From Escherichia coli (lineage in GTDB: Bacteria; Pseudomonadota; Gammaproteobacteria; Enterobacterales; Enterobacteriaceae): a DNA stretch of 64,000 nucleotides. The position numbers and the translations under genes are program-made. The number at the start of each line of letters is the position of its first letter. Position 1 is the first letter of the stretch. The stretch is from the NCBI RefSeq assembly GCF_013122565.1, contig NZ_CP053258.1. One strand, 5' to 3'. The notes beneath the pieces were generated by a model. The model had not been told where the DNA came from and ran no database searches. It saw nothing but the letters and a program-made list of their open reading frames with translations. This document shows, in pieces, positions 48,575 through 61,981 of this stretch.

Positions 48575-51157
48575 ATGCAAGAGCAATACCGCCCGGAAGA
48601 GATAGAATCCAAAGTACAGCTTCATTGGGATGAGAAGCGCACATTTGAAGTAACCGAAGACGAGAGCAAAGAGAAGTATTACTGCCTGTCTATGCTTCCC
48701 TATCCTTCTGGTCGACTACACATGGGCCACGTACGTAACTACACCATCGGTGACGTGATCGCCCGCTACCAGCGTATGCTGGGCAAAAACGTCCTGCAGC
48801 CGATCGGCTGGGACGCGTTTGGTCTGCCTGCGGAAGGCGCGGCGGTGAAAAACAACACTGCACCGGCACCGTGGACGTACGACAACATCGCGTATATGAA
48901 AAACCAGCTCAAAATGCTGGGCTTTGGTTATGACTGGAGCCGCGAGCTGGCAACCTGTACGCCGGAATACTACCGTTGGGAACAAAAATTCTTCACCGAG
49001 CTGTATAAAAAAGGCCTGGTATATAAAAAGACTTCTGCGGTCAACTGGTGCCCGAACGACCAGACCGTACTGGCGAACGAACAAGTTATCGACGGCTGCT
49101 GCTGGCGCTGCGATACCAAAGTTGAACGTAAAGAGATCCCGCAGTGGTTTATCAAAATCACCGCTTACGCTGACGAGCTACTCAACGATCTGGATAAACT
49201 GGATCACTGGCCAGACACCGTTAAAACCATGCAGCGTAACTGGATCGGTCGTTCCGAAGGCGTGGAAATCACCTTCAACGTTAACGACTATGACAACACG
49301 CTGACCGTTTACACTACCCGCCCGGACACCTTTATGGGTTGCACCTACCTGGCGGTAGCTGCGGGTCATCCGCTGGCGCAGAAAGCGGCGGAAAATAATC
49401 CTGAACTGGCGGCCTTTATTGACGAATGCCGTAACACCAAAGTTGCTGAAGCTGAAATGGCGACGATGGAGAAAAAAGGCGTCGATACTGGCTTTAAAGC
49501 TGTTCACCCATTAACGGGCGAAGAAATTCCCGTTTGGGCAGCAAACTTCGTATTGATGGAGTACGGCACGGGCGCAGTAATGGCGGTTCCGGGGCACGAC
49601 CAACGCGACTACGAGTTTGCCTCTAAATACGGCCTGAACATCAAACCGGTTATCCTGACGGCTGACGGCTCTGAGCCAGATCTTTCTCAGCAAGCCCTGA
49701 CTGAAAAAGGCGTGCTGTTCAACTCTGGCGAATTCAACGGTCTTGACCATGAAGCGGCCTTCAACGCCATCGCCGATAAACTGACTGCGATGGGCGTTGG
49801 CGAGCGTAAAGTGAACTACCGCCTGCGCGACTGGGGCGTTTCTCGTCAGCGTTACTGGGGCGCGCCAATTCCGATGGTAACGCTGGAAGACGGCACTGTG
49901 ATGCCGACCCCGGACGACCAGCTGCCTGTGATCCTGCCGGAAGATGTGGTGATGGACGGCATTACCAGCCCGATTAAAGCAGATCCTGAGTGGGCAAAAA
50001 CTACCGTTAACGGTATGCCAGCGCTGCGTGAAACCGACACTTTCGACACCTTTATGGAGTCCTCCTGGTACTATGCGCGCTACACTTGCCCGCAGTACAA
50101 AGAAGGTATGCTGGATTCCGAAGCGGCTAACTACTGGCTGCCGGTGGATATCTACATTGGTGGTATCGAACACGCCATTATGCACCTGCTCTACTTCCGC
50201 TTCTTCCACAAACTGATGCGTGATGCAGGCATGGTGAACTCTGACGAACCAGCGAAACAGTTGCTGTGTCAGGGTATGGTGCTGGCAGATGCCTTCTACT
50301 ATGTTGGCGAAAACGGCGAACGTAACTGGGTTTCCCCGGTTGATGCTATCGTTGAACGTGACGAGAAAGGCCGTATCGTGAAAGCGAAAGATGCGGCAGG
50401 CCATGAACTGGTTTATACCGGCATGAGCAAAATGTCCAAGTCGAAGAACAACGGTATCGACCCGCAGGTGATGGTTGAACGTTACGGCGCGGACACCGTT
50501 CGTCTGTTTATGATGTTTGCTTCTCCGGCTGATATGACTCTCGAATGGCAGGAATCCGGCGTAGAAGGGGCTAACCGCTTCCTGAAACGTGTCTGGAAAC
50601 TGGTGTACGAGCATACAGCAAAAGGAGATGTTGCGGCACTGAACGTTGATGCACTGACTGAAGATCAGAAAGCGCTGCGTCGTGATGTGCATAAAACTAT
50701 CGCTAAAGTGACCGATGATATCGGCCGTCGTCAGACCTTCAACACCGCAATTGCGGCGATTATGGAGCTGATGAACAAACTGGCGAAAGCACCGACCGAT
50801 GGCGAGCAGGATCGCGCTCTGATGCAGGAAGCTCTGCTGGCCGTTGTCCGTATGCTTAACCCGTTCACCCCGCACATCTGCTTCACGCTGTGGCAGGAAC
50901 TGAAAGGCGAAGGAGATATCGACAACGCGCCGTGGCCGGTTGCTGACGAAAAAGCGATGGTGGAAGACTCCACGCTGGTTGTGGTGCAGGTTAACGGTAA
51001 AGTCCGTGCCAAAATCACCGTTCCGGTGGACGCAACGGAAGAACAGGTTCGCGAACGTGCTGGCCAGGAACATCTGGTAGCAAAATATCTTGATGGCGTT
51101 ACCGTGCGTAAAGTGATTTACGTACCAGGTAAACTCCTCAATCTGGTCGTTGGCTAA
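48575..51157 (+). CDS. leuS: Leucyl-tRNA synthetase
   Basis: 860 aa from ATG 48575 ([11 protein letters not shown]...); HIGH-class motif HMGH and KMSKS; the track ORF starts upstream at 48434. Confidence 0.96.
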   Translation: MQEQYRPEEIESKVQLHWDEKRTFEVTEDESKEKYYCLSMLPYPSGRLHMGHVRNYTIGDVIARYQRMLGKNVLQPIGWDAFGLPAEGAAVKNNTAPAPWTYDNIAYMKNQLKMLGFGYDWSRELATCTPEYYRWEQKFFTELYKKGLVYKKTSAVNWCPNDQTVLANEQVIDGCCWRCDTKVERKEIPQWFIKITAYADELLNDLDKLDHWPDTVKTMQRNWIGRSEGVEITFNVNDYDNTLTVYTTRPDTFMGCTYLAVAAGHPLAQKAAENNPELAAFIDECRNTKVAEAEMATMEKKGVDTGFKAVHPLTGEEIPVWAANFVLMEYGTGAVMAVPGHDQRDYEFASKYGLNIKPVILTADGSEPDLSQQALTEKGVLFNSGEFNGLDHEAAFNAIADKLTAMGVGERKVNYRLRDWGVSRQRYWGAPIPMVTLEDGTVMPTPDDQLPVILPEDVVMDGITSPIKADPEWAKTTVNGMPALRETDTFDTFMESSWYYARYTCPQYKEGMLDSEAANYWLPVDIYIGGIEHAIMHLLYFRFFHKLMRDAGMVNSDEPAKQLLCQGMVLADAFYYVGENGERNWVSPVDAIVERDEKGRIVKAKDAAGHELVYTGMSKMSKSKNNGIDPQVMVERYGADTVRLFMMFASPADMTLEWQESGVEGANRFLKRVWKLVYEHTAKGDVAALNVDALTEDQKALRRDVHKTIAKVTDDIGRRQTFNTAIAAIMELMNKLAKAPTDGEQDRALMQEALLAVVRMLNPFTPHICFTLWQELKGEGDIDNAPWPVADEKAMVEDSTLVVVQVNGKVRAKITVPVDATEEQVRERAGQEHLVAKYLDGVTVRKVIYVPGKLLNLVVG

Positions 51158-51171
51158 GCGCGGGAGGAAGC

Positions 51172-51753
51172 GTGCGATATCTGGCAACATTGTTGTTATC
51201 TCTGGCGGTGTTAATCACCGCCGGGTGTGGCTGGCATCTGCGTGATACCACGCAGGTTCCTTCCACTATGAAGGTCATGATTCTGGACTCAGGCGATCCG
51301 AACGGGCCATTAAGCCGTGCGGTGCGTAACCAGTTACGTCTGAATGGTGTCGAGTTGCTTGATAAAGAAACCACGCGTAAGGACGTTCCATCCCTGCGTT
51401 TGGGTGCTGTATCAATCTCGCAGGATACCGCGTCGGTTTTCCGTAATGGTCAAACTGCGGAATATCAGATGGTGATGACTGTTAGCGCGTCGGTATTGAT
51501 TCCTGGACGAGATATCTACCCGATTAGCGCCAAAGTCTTCCGTTCGTTCTTCGATAACCCGCAAATGGCGTTAGCGAAAGATAACGAGCAGGAAATGATC
51601 ATTAAAGAGATGTACGACCGTGCTGCCGAACAGCTGATTCGTAAGCTACCAAGCATCCGTGCTGCGGATATTCGTTCCGACGAAGAACAGACGTCGACCA
51701 CAACGGATACTCCGGCAACGCCTGCACGCGTCTCCACCACGCTGGGTAACTGA
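51172..51753 (+). CDS. lptE: LPS assembly lipoprotein LptE
   Basis: 193 aa; GTG start with GGGAGG RBS; lipobox ITAGC. Confidence 0.92.
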   Translation: MRYLATLLLSLAVLITAGCGWHLRDTTQVPSTMKVMILDSGDPNGPLSRAVRNQLRLNGVELLDKETTRKDVPSLRLGAVSISQDTASVFRNGQTAEYQMVMTVSASVLIPGRDIYPISAKVFRSFFDNPQMALAKDNEQEMIIKEMYDRAAEQLIRKLPSIRAADIRSDEEQTSTTTDTPATPARVSTTLGN

Positions 51754-52784
51754 TGATTCGGTTGTACCCGGAACAACTCCGCGCGCAGCTCAATGAAGGG
51801 CTGCGCGCGGCGTATCTTTTACTTGGTAACGATCCTCTGTTATTGCAGGAAAGCCAGGACGCTATTCGTCAGGTAGCTGCGGCACAAGGATTCGAAGAAC
51901 ACCACACTTTTTCCATTGATCCCAATACTGACTGGAATGCGATCTTTTCGTTATGCCAGGCTATGAGTCTGTTTGCCAGTCGACAAACGCTATTGCTGTT
52001 GTTACCAGAAAACGGACCAAATGCGGCGATCAATGAACACCTCCTCACGCTCACCGGATTGCTGCATGACGACCTGCTGTTGATCGTCCGCGGTAATAAA
52101 TTAAGCAAAGCGCAAGAAAATGCCGCCTGGTTTACTGCTCTTGCGAATCGAAGCGTGCAGGTGACCTGTCAGACACCGGAGCAGGTTCAGCTTCCCCGCT
52201 GGGTTGCTGCGCGCGCAAAACAGCTCAACTTAGAACTGGATGACGCAGCAAATCAGGTGCTCTGCTACTGTTATGAAGGTAACCTGCTGGCGCTGGCCCA
52301 GGCACTGGAGCGTTTATCGCTGCTCTGGCCAGACGGCAAACTGACATTACCGCGCGTTGAACAGGCGGTGAATGATGCCGCGCATTTCACCCCTTTTCAT
52401 TGGGTTGATGCTTTGTTGATGGGAAAAAGTAAGCGCGCGTTGCATATTCTTCAGCAACTGCGTCTGGAAGGCAGCGAGCCGGTTATTTTGTTGCGCACAT
52501 TACAACGTGAACTGTTGTTACTGGTTAACCTGAAACGCCAGTCTGCCCATACGCCACTGCGTGCGTTGTTTGATAAGCATCGGGTATGGCAGAACCGCCG
52601 GGGCATGATGGGCGAGGCGTTAAATCGCTTAAGCCAGCCGCAGTTACGTCAGGCCGTGCAACTCCTGACACGAACGGAACTCACCCTCAAACAAGATTAC
52701 GGTCAGTCAGTGTGGGCAGAGCTGGAAGGGTTATCTCTTCTGTTGTGCCATAAACCCCTGGCGGACGTATTTATCGACGGTTGA
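51753..52784 (+). CDS. holA: DNA polymerase III delta subunit
   Basis: 343 aa; start overlaps lptE stop. Confidence 0.93.
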
Positions 52785-52785
52785 T

Positions 52786-53427
52786 ATGAAATCTTTACAG
52801 GCTCTGTTTGGCGGCACCTTTGATCCGGTGCACTATGGTCATCTTAAACCCGTGGAAACGCTGGCGAATTTGATTGGTCTGACGCGGGTCACAATCATCC
52901 CTAATAATGTTCCTCCGCATCGTCCCCAGCCGGAAGCGAACAGCGTACAGCGTAAACACATGCTTGAACTGGCGATTGCCGACAAGCCATTATTTACTCT
53001 TGATGAACGCGAGCTAAAGCGCAATGCCCCCTCTTACACTGCGCAAACACTGAAAGAGTGGCGGCAGGAACAAGGGCCGGACGTGCCGCTGGCGTTTATT
53101 ATTGGTCAGGATTCATTGCTGACCTTTCCGACCTGGTACGAATACGAAACGATACTCGACAATGCACATTTGATTGTCTGTCGGCGTCCAGGCTACCCAC
53201 TTGAAATGGCGCAACCGCAATACCAACAATGGCTGGAAGATCATTTGACACATAACCCGGAAGATCTTCACCTTCAGCCTGCTGGTAAAATTTATCTGGC
53301 TGAAACGCCGTGGTTTAACATCTCGGCGACCATCATCCGCGAACGTTTGCAAAACGGTGAATCGTGTGAGGATTTATTGCCGGAACCGGTACTCACTTAC
53401 ATTAACCAACAAGGCTTGTATCGCTGA
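52786..53427 (+). CDS. nadD: Nicotinate-nucleotide adenylyltransferase
   Basis: 213 aa; nucleotidyltransferase [11 protein letters not shown] motif. Confidence 0.95.
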
Positions 53428-53450
53428 TACCTGTCGTTACGGAGGGCATC

Positions 53451-54062
53451 ATGCGACTGTGGTTAATTCGTCATGGCGAAACGCAAGCGAATGTCGATGG
53501 TCTGTACAGCGGTCATGCGCCCACTCCCCTGACCGCGCGCGGTATTGAGCAAGCGCAAAATCTGCATACACTGCTACATGATGTTTCCTTTGACCTGGTT
53601 TTATGCAGTGAACTGGAACGGGCACAGCATACCGCGCGACTGGTTCTCAGTGACCGCCAGCTCCCCGTGCAAATCATCCCTGAACTCAACGAAATGTTTT
53701 TTGGCGACTGGGAGATGCGACATCATCGCGACCTCATGCAAGAAGATGCCGAAAACTATAGCGCGTGGTGCAATGACTGGCAGCATGCTATCCCCACGAA
53801 CGGTGAAGGATTTCAGGCATTTTCGCAACGTGTGGAACGCTTTATCGCAAGGCTTAGTGAATATCAGCACTATCAGAATATTTTAATCGTCAGCCATCAG
53901 GGCGTACTGAGTCTGTTAATGGCTCGTTTAATTGGCATGCCTGCCGAGTCTATGTGGCATTTTCGCGTTGACCAGGGGTGTTGGAGCGCCATTGATATCA
54001 ACCAAAAATTCGCGACGCTACGCGTCCTCAATAGCCGTGCCATCGGGGTCGAGAATGCATGA
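53451..54062 (+). CDS. cobC: Alpha-ribazole phosphatase / phosphoglycerate-mutase-family protein CobC (PhpB)
   Basis: 203 aa; RHGE histidine phosphatase motif. Confidence 0.9.
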   Translation: MRLWLIRHGETQANVDGLYSGHAPTPLTARGIEQAQNLHTLLHDVSFDLVLCSELERAQHTARLVLSDRQLPVQIIPELNEMFFGDWEMRHHRDLMQEDAENYSAWCNDWQHAIPTNGEGFQAFSQRVERFIARLSEYQHYQNILIVSHQGVLSLLMARLIGMPAESMWHFRVDQGCWSAIDINQKFATLRVLNSRAIGVENA

Positions 54063-54303
54063 CTTTTCTGTTTTTTTACGGGTAAGCCGCAACGACCATT
54101 GACAGCCCCGGGCAGGCTGATATTCTCCGCAGCCAGACTTTTTCCGCCAGACACGACTTTGTAGAAATTGTTTTACAAAAATGGCGATGCAATCTGCGGC
54201 GCGGGGTGGGATGATAGCCCACTTTCGAAAGCCGATTCGGCGACAATTGTCCCGAAATCGCCTCTGGTTCAGGTATACTGACAGACCATTTTTATCTATT
54301 TGA

Positions 54304-54639
<336 letters not shown>

Positions 54640-54642
54640 TGC

Positions 54643-55110
54643 GTGAAGCTGCAACTTGTCGCCGTGGGAACGAAAATGCCGGACTGGGTACAAACCGGTT
54701 TTACCGAGTACCTGCGTCGTTTTCCGAAAGATATGCCCTTCGAGCTGATTGAAATTCCGGCCGGAAAACGCGGCAAGAATGCGGACATCAAGCGCATACT
54801 CGACAAAGAGGGTGAGCAGATGTTGGCGGCCGCAGGCAAAAACCGCATTGTCACCCTCGATATTCCAGGCAAGCCCTGGGATACGCCGCAGTTAGCCGCT
54901 GAGCTGGAACGCTGGAAGCTGGATGGTCGCGACGTCAGTCTACTGATTGGCGGGCCTGAAGGGTTGTCGCCTGCCTGTAAAGCGGCGGCTGAGCAGAGCT
55001 GGTCGCTGTCGGCGCTTACCCTCCCCCATCCGCTGGTTCGCGTGCTGGTCGCAGAGAGTCTGTACCGGGCGTGGAGCATCACCACCAACCATCCTTATCA
55101 CCGTGAGTGA
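54643..55110 (+). CDS. rlmH: 23S rRNA m3-pseudouridine1915 methyltransferase RlmH
   Basis: 155 aa SPOUT-family protein. Confidence 0.93.
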
Positions 55111-55140
55111 TAAGGGAGCTTTGAGTAGAAAACGCAGCGG

Positions 55141-57042
55141 ATGAAACTACAGAACTCTTTTCGCGACTATACGGCAGAGTCCGCGCTGTTTGTGCGCCGG
55201 GCGCTGGTCGCCTTTTTGGGGATTTTGCTGCTGACCGGCGTGCTTATCGCCAACCTGTATAATCTGCAAATTGTTCGCTTTACCGATTACCAGACCCGCT
55301 CTAATGAAAACCGCATTAAGCTGGTGCCTATCGCGCCCAGCCGCGGCATTATCTATGACCGTAACGGTATCCCTCTGGCCCTCAACCGCACTATCTACCA
55401 GATAGAAATGATGCCGGAGAAAGTCGATAACGTGCAGCAAACGCTGGACGCTTTGCGCAGCGTGGTTGATCTGACCGATGACGATATTGCTGCATTCCGA
55501 AAAGAGCGCGCACGTTCACACCGTTTCACCTCTATTCCGGTGAAAACTAACCTGACCGAAGTACAAGTAGCTCGCTTTGCCGTCAATCAGTACCGTTTTC
55601 CGGGTGTTGAAGTTAAAGGCTATAAACGTCGTTACTATCCTTACGGTTCGGCGTTGACCCACGTCATCGGCTATGTGTCGAAAATCAACGATAAAGACGT
55701 CGAACGCCTGAATAATGACGGCAAACTGGCCAACTATGCGGCAACGCATGATATAGGTAAGCTCGGCATTGAGCGTTACTATGAAGATGTGCTGCACGGT
55801 CAGACTGGTTATGAAGAGGTTGAAGTTAACAACCGTGGGCGTGTTATCCGCCAGTTAAAAGAAGTCCCACCGCAAGCCGGACACGATATTTACCTGACGC
55901 TGGATCTCAAACTCCAGCAATATATTGAAACGCTGCTGGCGGGTAGCCGCGCAGCTGTGGTAGTCACCGATCCGCGTACAGGTGGGGTGCTGGCGCTGGT
56001 TTCCACGCCTAGTTATGACCCAAACCTATTTGTTGACGGTATCTCCAGCAAAGATTATTCCGCCTTGCTGAACGACCCGAATACACCGCTGGTGAACCGC
56101 GCCACACAGGGGGTTTATCCTCCTGCGTCTACAGTTAAACCCTATGTGGCGGTTTCGGCATTGAGCGCCGGGGTGATCACGCGCAATACGACGCTGTTTG
56201 ACCCAGGCTGGTGGCAACTGCCAGGTTCGGAAAAACGTTATCGTGACTGGAAAAAATGGGGCCACGGGCGTCTGAATGTCACAAGATCGCTGGAAGAATC
56301 TGCGGATACCTTCTTCTATCAGGTGGCCTACGATATGGGGATCGATCGCCTCTCCGAATGGATGGGTAAATTCGGTTATGGTCATTATACCGGTATCGAC
56401 CTGGCGGAAGAACGTTCCGGCAACATGCCTACCCGCGAATGGAAACAGAAACGCTTTAAAAAACCGTGGTATCAGGGTGACACCATTCCGGTTGGTATCG
56501 GTCAGGGTTACTGGACAGCGACCCCAATCCAGATGAGTAAGGCACTGATGATCCTGATTAATGACGGTATCGTGAAGGTTCCGCATTTGCTGATGAGCAC
56601 CGCCGAAGACGGCAAACAGGTGCCATGGGTACAGCCGCATGAACCGCCCGTCGGCGATATTCATTCCGGTTACTGGGAGCTGGCGAAAGACGGTATGTAC
56701 GGTGTTGCTAACCGCCCTAACGGTACGGCGCATAAATACTTTGCCAGCGCACCGTACAAAATTGCGGCGAAATCCGGTACCGCTCAGGTCTTCGGTCTGA
56801 AAGCGAACGAAACCTATAATGCGCACAAAATTGCCGAGCGTTTACGTGACCACAAACTGATGACCGCCTTTGCGCCATACAACAATCCGCAAGTGGCTGT
56901 CGCCATGATTCTGGAGAACGGTGGCGCGGGTCCGGCGGTTGGTACGCTGATGCGCCAGATCCTCGACCACATTATGCTGGGTGATAACAACACCGATCTG
57001 CCTGCGGAAAATCCAGCGGTTGCCGCAGCGGAGGACCATTAA
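55141..57042 (+). CDS. mrdA: Peptidoglycan D,D-transpeptidase MrdA (PBP2)
   Basis: 633 aa; N-terminal TM anchor; transpeptidase motifs STVK, SAD, KSG. Confidence 0.96.
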   Translation: MKLQNSFRDYTAESALFVRRALVAFLGILLLTGVLIANLYNLQIVRFTDYQTRSNENRIKLVPIAPSRGIIYDRNGIPLALNRTIYQIEMMPEKVDNVQQTLDALRSVVDLTDDDIAAFRKERARSHRFTSIPVKTNLTEVQVARFAVNQYRFPGVEVKGYKRRYYPYGSALTHVIGYVSKINDKDVERLNNDGKLANYAATHDIGKLGIERYYEDVLHGQTGYEEVEVNNRGRVIRQLKEVPPQAGHDIYLTLDLKLQQYIETLLAGSRAAVVVTDPRTGGVLALVSTPSYDPNLFVDGISSKDYSALLNDPNTPLVNRATQGVYPPASTVKPYVAVSALSAGVITRNTTLFDPGWWQLPGSEKRYRDWKKWGHGRLNVTRSLEESADTFFYQVAYDMGIDRLSEWMGKFGYGHYTGIDLAEERSGNMPTREWKQKRFKKPWYQGDTIPVGIGQGYWTATPIQMSKALMILINDGIVKVPHLLMSTAEDGKQVPWVQPHEPPVGDIHSGYWELAKDGMYGVANRPNGTAHKYFASAPYKIAAKSGTAQVFGLKANETYNAHKIAERLRDHKLMTAFAPYNNPQVAVAMILENGGAGPAVGTLMRQILDHIMLGDNNTDLPAENPAVAAAEDH

Positions 57043-57044
57043 TC

Positions 57045-58157
57045 ATGACGGATAATCCGAATAAAAAAACATTCTGGGATAAAGTCCATCTCGATCCCAC
57101 AATGCTGCTGATCTTACTGGCATTGCTGGTTTACAGCGCCCTGGTTATCTGGAGCGCCAGCGGTCAGGATATTGGCATGATGGAGCGTAAAATCGGCCAA
57201 ATCGCGATGGGTCTGGTCATCATGGTGGTGATGGCGCAAATTCCTCCACGCGTTTATGAAGGCTGGGCCCCCTATCTCTATATCATCTGTATTATTTTGC
57301 TGGTGGCGGTAGATGCTTTCGGTGCCATCTCTAAAGGCGCTCAACGCTGGCTGGACCTCGGTATTGTTCGTTTTCAGCCGTCGGAAATTGCCAAAATAGC
57401 CGTACCACTGATGGTTGCGCGCTTTATCAACCGCGACGTTTGCCCGCCATCGTTGAAGAACACTGGCATCGCGCTGGTGCTGATATTTATGCCCACGCTG
57501 CTGGTGGCTGCACAGCCTGACCTGGGAACATCAATCCTCGTTGCGCTTTCCGGTCTGTTTGTACTGTTCCTCTCTGGCCTTAGCTGGCGTCTGATTGGCG
57601 TCGCAGTAGTGCTGGTAGCGGCGTTCATTCCGATTCTGTGGTTCTTCCTGATGCATGATTACCAGCGCCAGCGCGTAATGATGCTCCTGGACCCGGAATC
57701 AGACCCACTCGGCGCGGGCTATCACATTATTCAGTCTAAAATTGCTATTGGCTCCGGCGGATTACGCGGCAAAGGCTGGCTGCATGGCACTCAGTCACAG
57801 CTTGAATTTCTACCCGAACGCCATACCGACTTTATCTTCGCGGTACTGGCGGAAGAGCTGGGATTAGTGGGCATTTTGATTCTGCTCGCTCTCTACATTC
57901 TGCTGATCATGCGCGGGCTGTGGATAGCCGCCAGAGCGCAAACCACCTTTGGTCGCGTCATGGCTGGCGGCTTAATGCTGATATTATTCGTTTATGTCTT
58001 CGTAAATATTGGTATGGTAAGCGGTATTCTGCCGGTTGTAGGGGTTCCGCTCCCACTGGTCAGTTATGGAGGATCGGCGCTAATTGTGCTGATGGCTGGG
58101 TTCGGGATTGTAATGTCAATCCACACCCACAGGAAAATGTTGTCGAAAAGCGTGTAA
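57045..58157 (+). CDS. mrdB: Peptidoglycan glycosyltransferase MrdB (RodA), SEDS family
   Basis: 370 aa polytopic membrane protein. Confidence 0.96.
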   Translation: MTDNPNKKTFWDKVHLDPTMLLILLALLVYSALVIWSASGQDIGMMERKIGQIAMGLVIMVVMAQIPPRVYEGWAPYLYIICIILLVAVDAFGAISKGAQRWLDLGIVRFQPSEIAKIAVPLMVARFINRDVCPPSLKNTGIALVLIFMPTLLVAAQPDLGTSILVALSGLFVLFLSGLSWRLIGVAVVLVAAFIPILWFFLMHDYQRQRVMMLLDPESDPLGAGYHIIQSKIAIGSGGLRGKGWLHGTQSQLEFLPERHTDFIFAVLAEELGLVGILILLALYILLIMRGLWIAARAQTTFGRVMAGGLMLILFVYVFVNIGMVSGILPVVGVPLPLVSYGGSALIVLMAGFGIVMSIHTHRKMLSKSV

Positions 58158-58167
58158 GAGGTGCGCA

Positions 58168-59256
58168 ATGCGTAAGCAGTGGCTCGGGATCTGCATCGCG
58201 GCAGGAATGCTCGCGGCATGTACAAGCGATGATGGTCAGCAACAGACGGTAAGTGTACCGCAGCCTGCGGTATGTAACGGCCCCATAGTTGAAATTAGCG
58301 GGGCGGACCCGCGTTTCGAACCACTGAACGCGACGGCAAATCAGGATTACCAGCGCGACGGTAAAAGCTACAAAATCGTGCAGGATCCGTCTCGATTTAG
58401 CCAGGCGGGACTGGCGGCAATCTATGATGCCGAACCCGGCAGTAACCTGACGGCCTCTGGCGAAGCTTTCGATCCGACACAGCTGACGGCGGCCCATCCA
58501 ACGCTTCCGATCCCCAGCTACGCCAGAATCACTAACCTGGCTAACGGGCGAATGATCGTGGTGCGCATTAATGATCGCGGTCCTTACGGCAACGACCGCG
58601 TTATTTCGCTTTCTCGCGCAGCAGCTGACCGTCTTAACACATCAAACAACACCAAAGTTCGTATCGATCCGATTATTGTCGCCCAGGATGGTTCGCTTTC
58701 TGGTCCTGGTATGGCTTGTACCACAGTCGCCAAACAGACTTACGCCCTGCCTGCACCTCCCGATTTAAGCGGCGGCGCAGGAACAAGTTCAGTGTCTGGC
58801 CCGCAGGGTGACATTCTTCCGGTCAGTAATTCGACGCTAAAAAGCGAAGATCCGACCGGCGCGCCGGTAACCAGCAGCGGTTTCCTCGGCGCACCAACGA
58901 CCTTAGCGCCTGGTGTTCTGGAAGGCAGCGAACCACCGCCTGCTCCACAGCCCGTTGTTACAGCTCCGTCGACAACGCCTGCAACCTCGCCTGCAATGGT
59001 GACACCGCAAGCCGCCTCGCAAAGCGCCAGCGGCAACTTTATGGTGCAAGTCGGGGCCGTTAGCGATCAGGCTCGTGCGCAACAGTACCAACAGCAACTG
59101 GGACAGAAGTTCGGCGTCCCCGGTCGCGTAACTCAAAATGGCGCGGTCTGGCGGATCCAGCTTGGCCCATTCGCCAGCAAAGCCGAAGCCAGTACCTTGC
59201 AGCAACGTTTGCAAACCGAAGCCCAATTACAGTCATTTATTACCACCGCGCAGTAG
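58168..59256 (+). CDS. rlpA: Septal ring lytic transglycosylase lipoprotein RlpA
   Basis: 362 aa; lipobox LAAC; DPBB domain and C-terminal SPOR domain. Confidence 0.94.
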   Translation: MRKQWLGICIAAGMLAACTSDDGQQQTVSVPQPAVCNGPIVEISGADPRFEPLNATANQDYQRDGKSYKIVQDPSRFSQAGLAAIYDAEPGSNLTASGEAFDPTQLTAAHPTLPIPSYARITNLANGRMIVVRINDRGPYGNDRVISLSRAAADRLNTSNNTKVRIDPIIVAQDGSLSGPGMACTTVAKQTYALPAPPDLSGGAGTSSVSGPQGDILPVSNSTLKSEDPTGAPVTSSGFLGAPTTLAPGVLEGSEPPPAPQPVVTAPSTTPATSPAMVTPQAASQSASGNFMVQVGAVSDQARAQQYQQQLGQKFGVPGRVTQNGAVWRIQLGPFASKAEASTLQQRLQTEAQLQSFITTAQ

Positions 59257-59261
59257 CGTAA

Positions 59262-59367
59262 AGCAGGCATCTGATGTGTCAATTTCTGTAAATGACGTTA
59301 ACAAAGTCACGCGGAAAGTCAGATGCCTGCCGGTAGTGCATTTGCTATAGTAGGGCACTTTTTTTAA
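59262..59367 (+). terminator. Inverted repeat plus hairpin/T-run between rlpA and dacA (probable rlpA terminator region)
   Basis: 12-bp inverted repeat gcaggcatctga (59263-59274) / tcagatgcctgc (59319-59330) with 44-nt spacer, then stem agtgc/gcact followed by ttttttt. Confidence 0.5.
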
Positions 59368-59395
59368 TTCCATCACGGATGTCGTAGTTCAGACC

Positions 59396-60607
59396 ATGAA
59401 TACCATTTTTTCCGCTCGTATCATGAAGCGCCTGGCGCTCACCACGGCTCTTTGCACAGCCTTTATCTCTGCTGCACATGCCGATGACCTGAATATCAAA
59501 ACTATGATCCCGGGTGTACCGCAGATCGACGCGGAGTCCTACATCCTGATTGACTATAACTCCGGCAAAGTGCTCGCCGAACAGAACGCAGATGTCCGCC
59601 GCGATCCTGCCAGCCTGACCAAAATGATGACCAGTTACGTTATCGGCCAGGCAATGAAAGCAGGTAAATTTAAAGAAACTGATTTAGTCACTATCGGCAA
59701 CGACGCATGGGCCACCGGTAACCCGGTGTTTAAAGGTTCTTCGCTGATGTTCCTCAAACCGGGCATGCAGGTTCCGGTTTCTCAGCTGATCCGCGGTATT
59801 AACCTGCAATCGGGTAACGATGCTTGTGTCGCCATGGCCGATTTTGCCGCTGGTAGCCAGGACGCTTTTGTTGGCTTGATGAACAGCTACGTTAACGCCC
59901 TGGGCCTGAAAAACACCCACTTCCAGACGGTACATGGTCTGGATGCTGATGGTCAGTACAGCTCCGCGCGCGATATGGCGCTGATCGGCCAGGCGTTGAT
60001 CCGTGACGTACCGAATGAATACTCGATCTATAAAGAAAAAGAATTTACGTTTAACGGTATTCGCCAGCTGAACCGTAACGGCCTGTTATGGGATAACAGC
60101 CTGAATGTCGACGGCATCAAAACCGGACACACTGACAAAGCAGGTTACAACCTTGTTGCTTCTGCGACTGAAGGCCAGATGCGCTTGATTTCTGCGGTGA
60201 TGGGCGGACGTACTTTTAAAGGCCGTGAAGCCGAAAGTAAAAAACTGTTAACCTGGGGCTTCCGTTTCTTCGAAACCGTTAACCCACTGAAAGTAGGTAA
60301 AGAGTTCGCCTCTGAACCGGTTTGGTTTGGTGATTCTGATCGCGCTTCGTTAGGGGTTGATAAAGACGTGTACCTGACCATTCCGCGTGGCCGCATGAAA
60401 GATCTGAAAGCCAGCTATGTGCTGAACAGCAGTGAATTGCATGCGCCGCTGCAAAAGAATCAGGTCGTCGGTACTATCAACTTCCAGCTTGATGGCAAAA
60501 CGATCGAACAACGCCCGCTGGTTGTACTGCAAGAAATCCCGGAAGGTAACTTCTTCGGCAAAATCATTGATTACATTAAATTAATGTTCCATCACTGGTT
60601 TGGTTAA
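59396..60607 (+). CDS. dacA: D-alanyl-D-alanine carboxypeptidase DacA (PBP5)
   Basis: 403 aa; signal peptide; SLTK, SGN and KTG motifs. Confidence 0.96.
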
Positions 60608-60657
60608 AAATTGAACACTTGAAAGTGTAATTTCCGTCCCCATATACTAAGCATCAG

Positions 60658-60692
60658 TAAAAAACTCCCGCCTTCTGGCGGGAGTTGCTATT
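60658..60692 (+). terminator. dacA terminator hairpin
   Basis: 9-bp stem actcccgcc / ggcgggagt with loop ttct, followed by a T-rich tract. Confidence 0.65.
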
Positions 60693-60716
60693 TAATTACG
60701 TTACGCCGGAGCTGAC

Positions 60717-60980
60717 ATGAAAACCAAACTTAACGAACTGCTTGAATTCCCTACTCCTTTTACTTACAAAGTTATGGGGCAGGCGTTACCTGAGCTGGTT
60801 GATCAGGTGGTTGAAGTGGTACAGCGCCATGCGCCAGGTGACTACACCCCAACGGTAAAACCAAGCAGCAAAGGCAACTACCACTCGGTATCTATCACTA
60901 TCAACGCCACTCATATCGAGCAGGTTGAAACACTGTATGAAGAACTGGGCAAAATCGATATTGTCCGCATGGTTCTGTAA
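60717..60980 (+). CDS. ybeD: UPF0250 protein YbeD
   Basis: 87 aa, full-length. Confidence 0.9.
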
Positions 60981-61080
60981 CTCGCGTCTCCGTTACCCGG
61001 CTCCTGGTCGGGTAACTCCCCTCTCCTCGCTGTGATATACTTTTCCCCCACTTTTACTCATTCTCCACGGAGATGCCGTT

Positions 61081-61722
61081 TTGTATCAGGATAAAATTCT
61101 TGTCCGCCAGCTCGGTCTTCAGCCTTACGAGCCAATCTCCCAGGCTATGCATGAATTCACCGATACCCGCGATGATAGTACCCTTGATGAAATCTGGCTG
61201 GTCGAGCACTATCCTGTATTCACCCAAGGGCAGGCAGGAAAAGCGGAGCACATTTTAATGCCGGGTGATATTCCGGTGATCCAGAGCGATCGCGGTGGGC
61301 AGGTGACTTATCACGGGCCGGGACAACAGGTGATGTATGTGTTGCTTAACCTGAAACGCCGTAAACTCGGTGTGCGTGAACTGGTGACCTTGCTTGAGCA
61401 AACAGTGGTGAATACCCTGGCTGAACTGGGTATAGAAGCGCATCCTCGGGCTGACGCGCCTGGTGTCTATGTCGGGGAAAAGAAAATTTGCTCATTGGGT
61501 TTACGTATTCGACGCGGTTGTTCATTCCACGGTCTGGCATTAAACGTCAATATGGATCTTTCACCATTTTTACGTATTAATCCTTGTGGGTATGCCGGAA
61601 TGGAAATGGCTAAAATATCACAATGGCAACCCGAAGCGACGACTAATAATATTGCACCACGTTTACTGGAAAATATTTTAGCGCTACTAAACAATCCTGA
61701 CTTCGAATATATTACCGCTTAA
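61081..61722 (+). CDS. lipB: Octanoyltransferase LipB
   Basis: 213 aa; TTG start. Confidence 0.92.
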   Translation: MYQDKILVRQLGLQPYEPISQAMHEFTDTRDDSTLDEIWLVEHYPVFTQGQAGKAEHILMPGDIPVIQSDRGGQVTYHGPGQQVMYVLLNLKRRKLGVRELVTLLEQTVVNTLAELGIEAHPRADAPGVYVGEKKICSLGLRIRRGCSFHGLALNVNMDLSPFLRINPCGYAGMEMAKISQWQPEATTNNIAPRLLENILALLNNPDFEYITA

Positions 61723-61981
61723 TTGCATACATCAATGGCCCAATTTACACTGGGTCATTACTCATAATACCTGCTAATGCTTTACATCTCCTTCGCGTTT
61801 GTATATTTTCTTTATCACTTGCAGAAATGCGGTGCTACGCCTTGCTCCGTAACTCACCCCATTGATTAACCTATTGAAATAGTTGATTATGGTGAGCAAA
61901 AGCGTTCCGTTCCAATTAGACATAAGATTATTGTAATTTTTTTAAATATTATTTTTCCATGAATAAAATTGGAGTAAGTGC

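Noticed and set aside
49511-51190. 559-aa minus-strand ORF
   Set aside because: Antisense shadow of leuS; no independent support.
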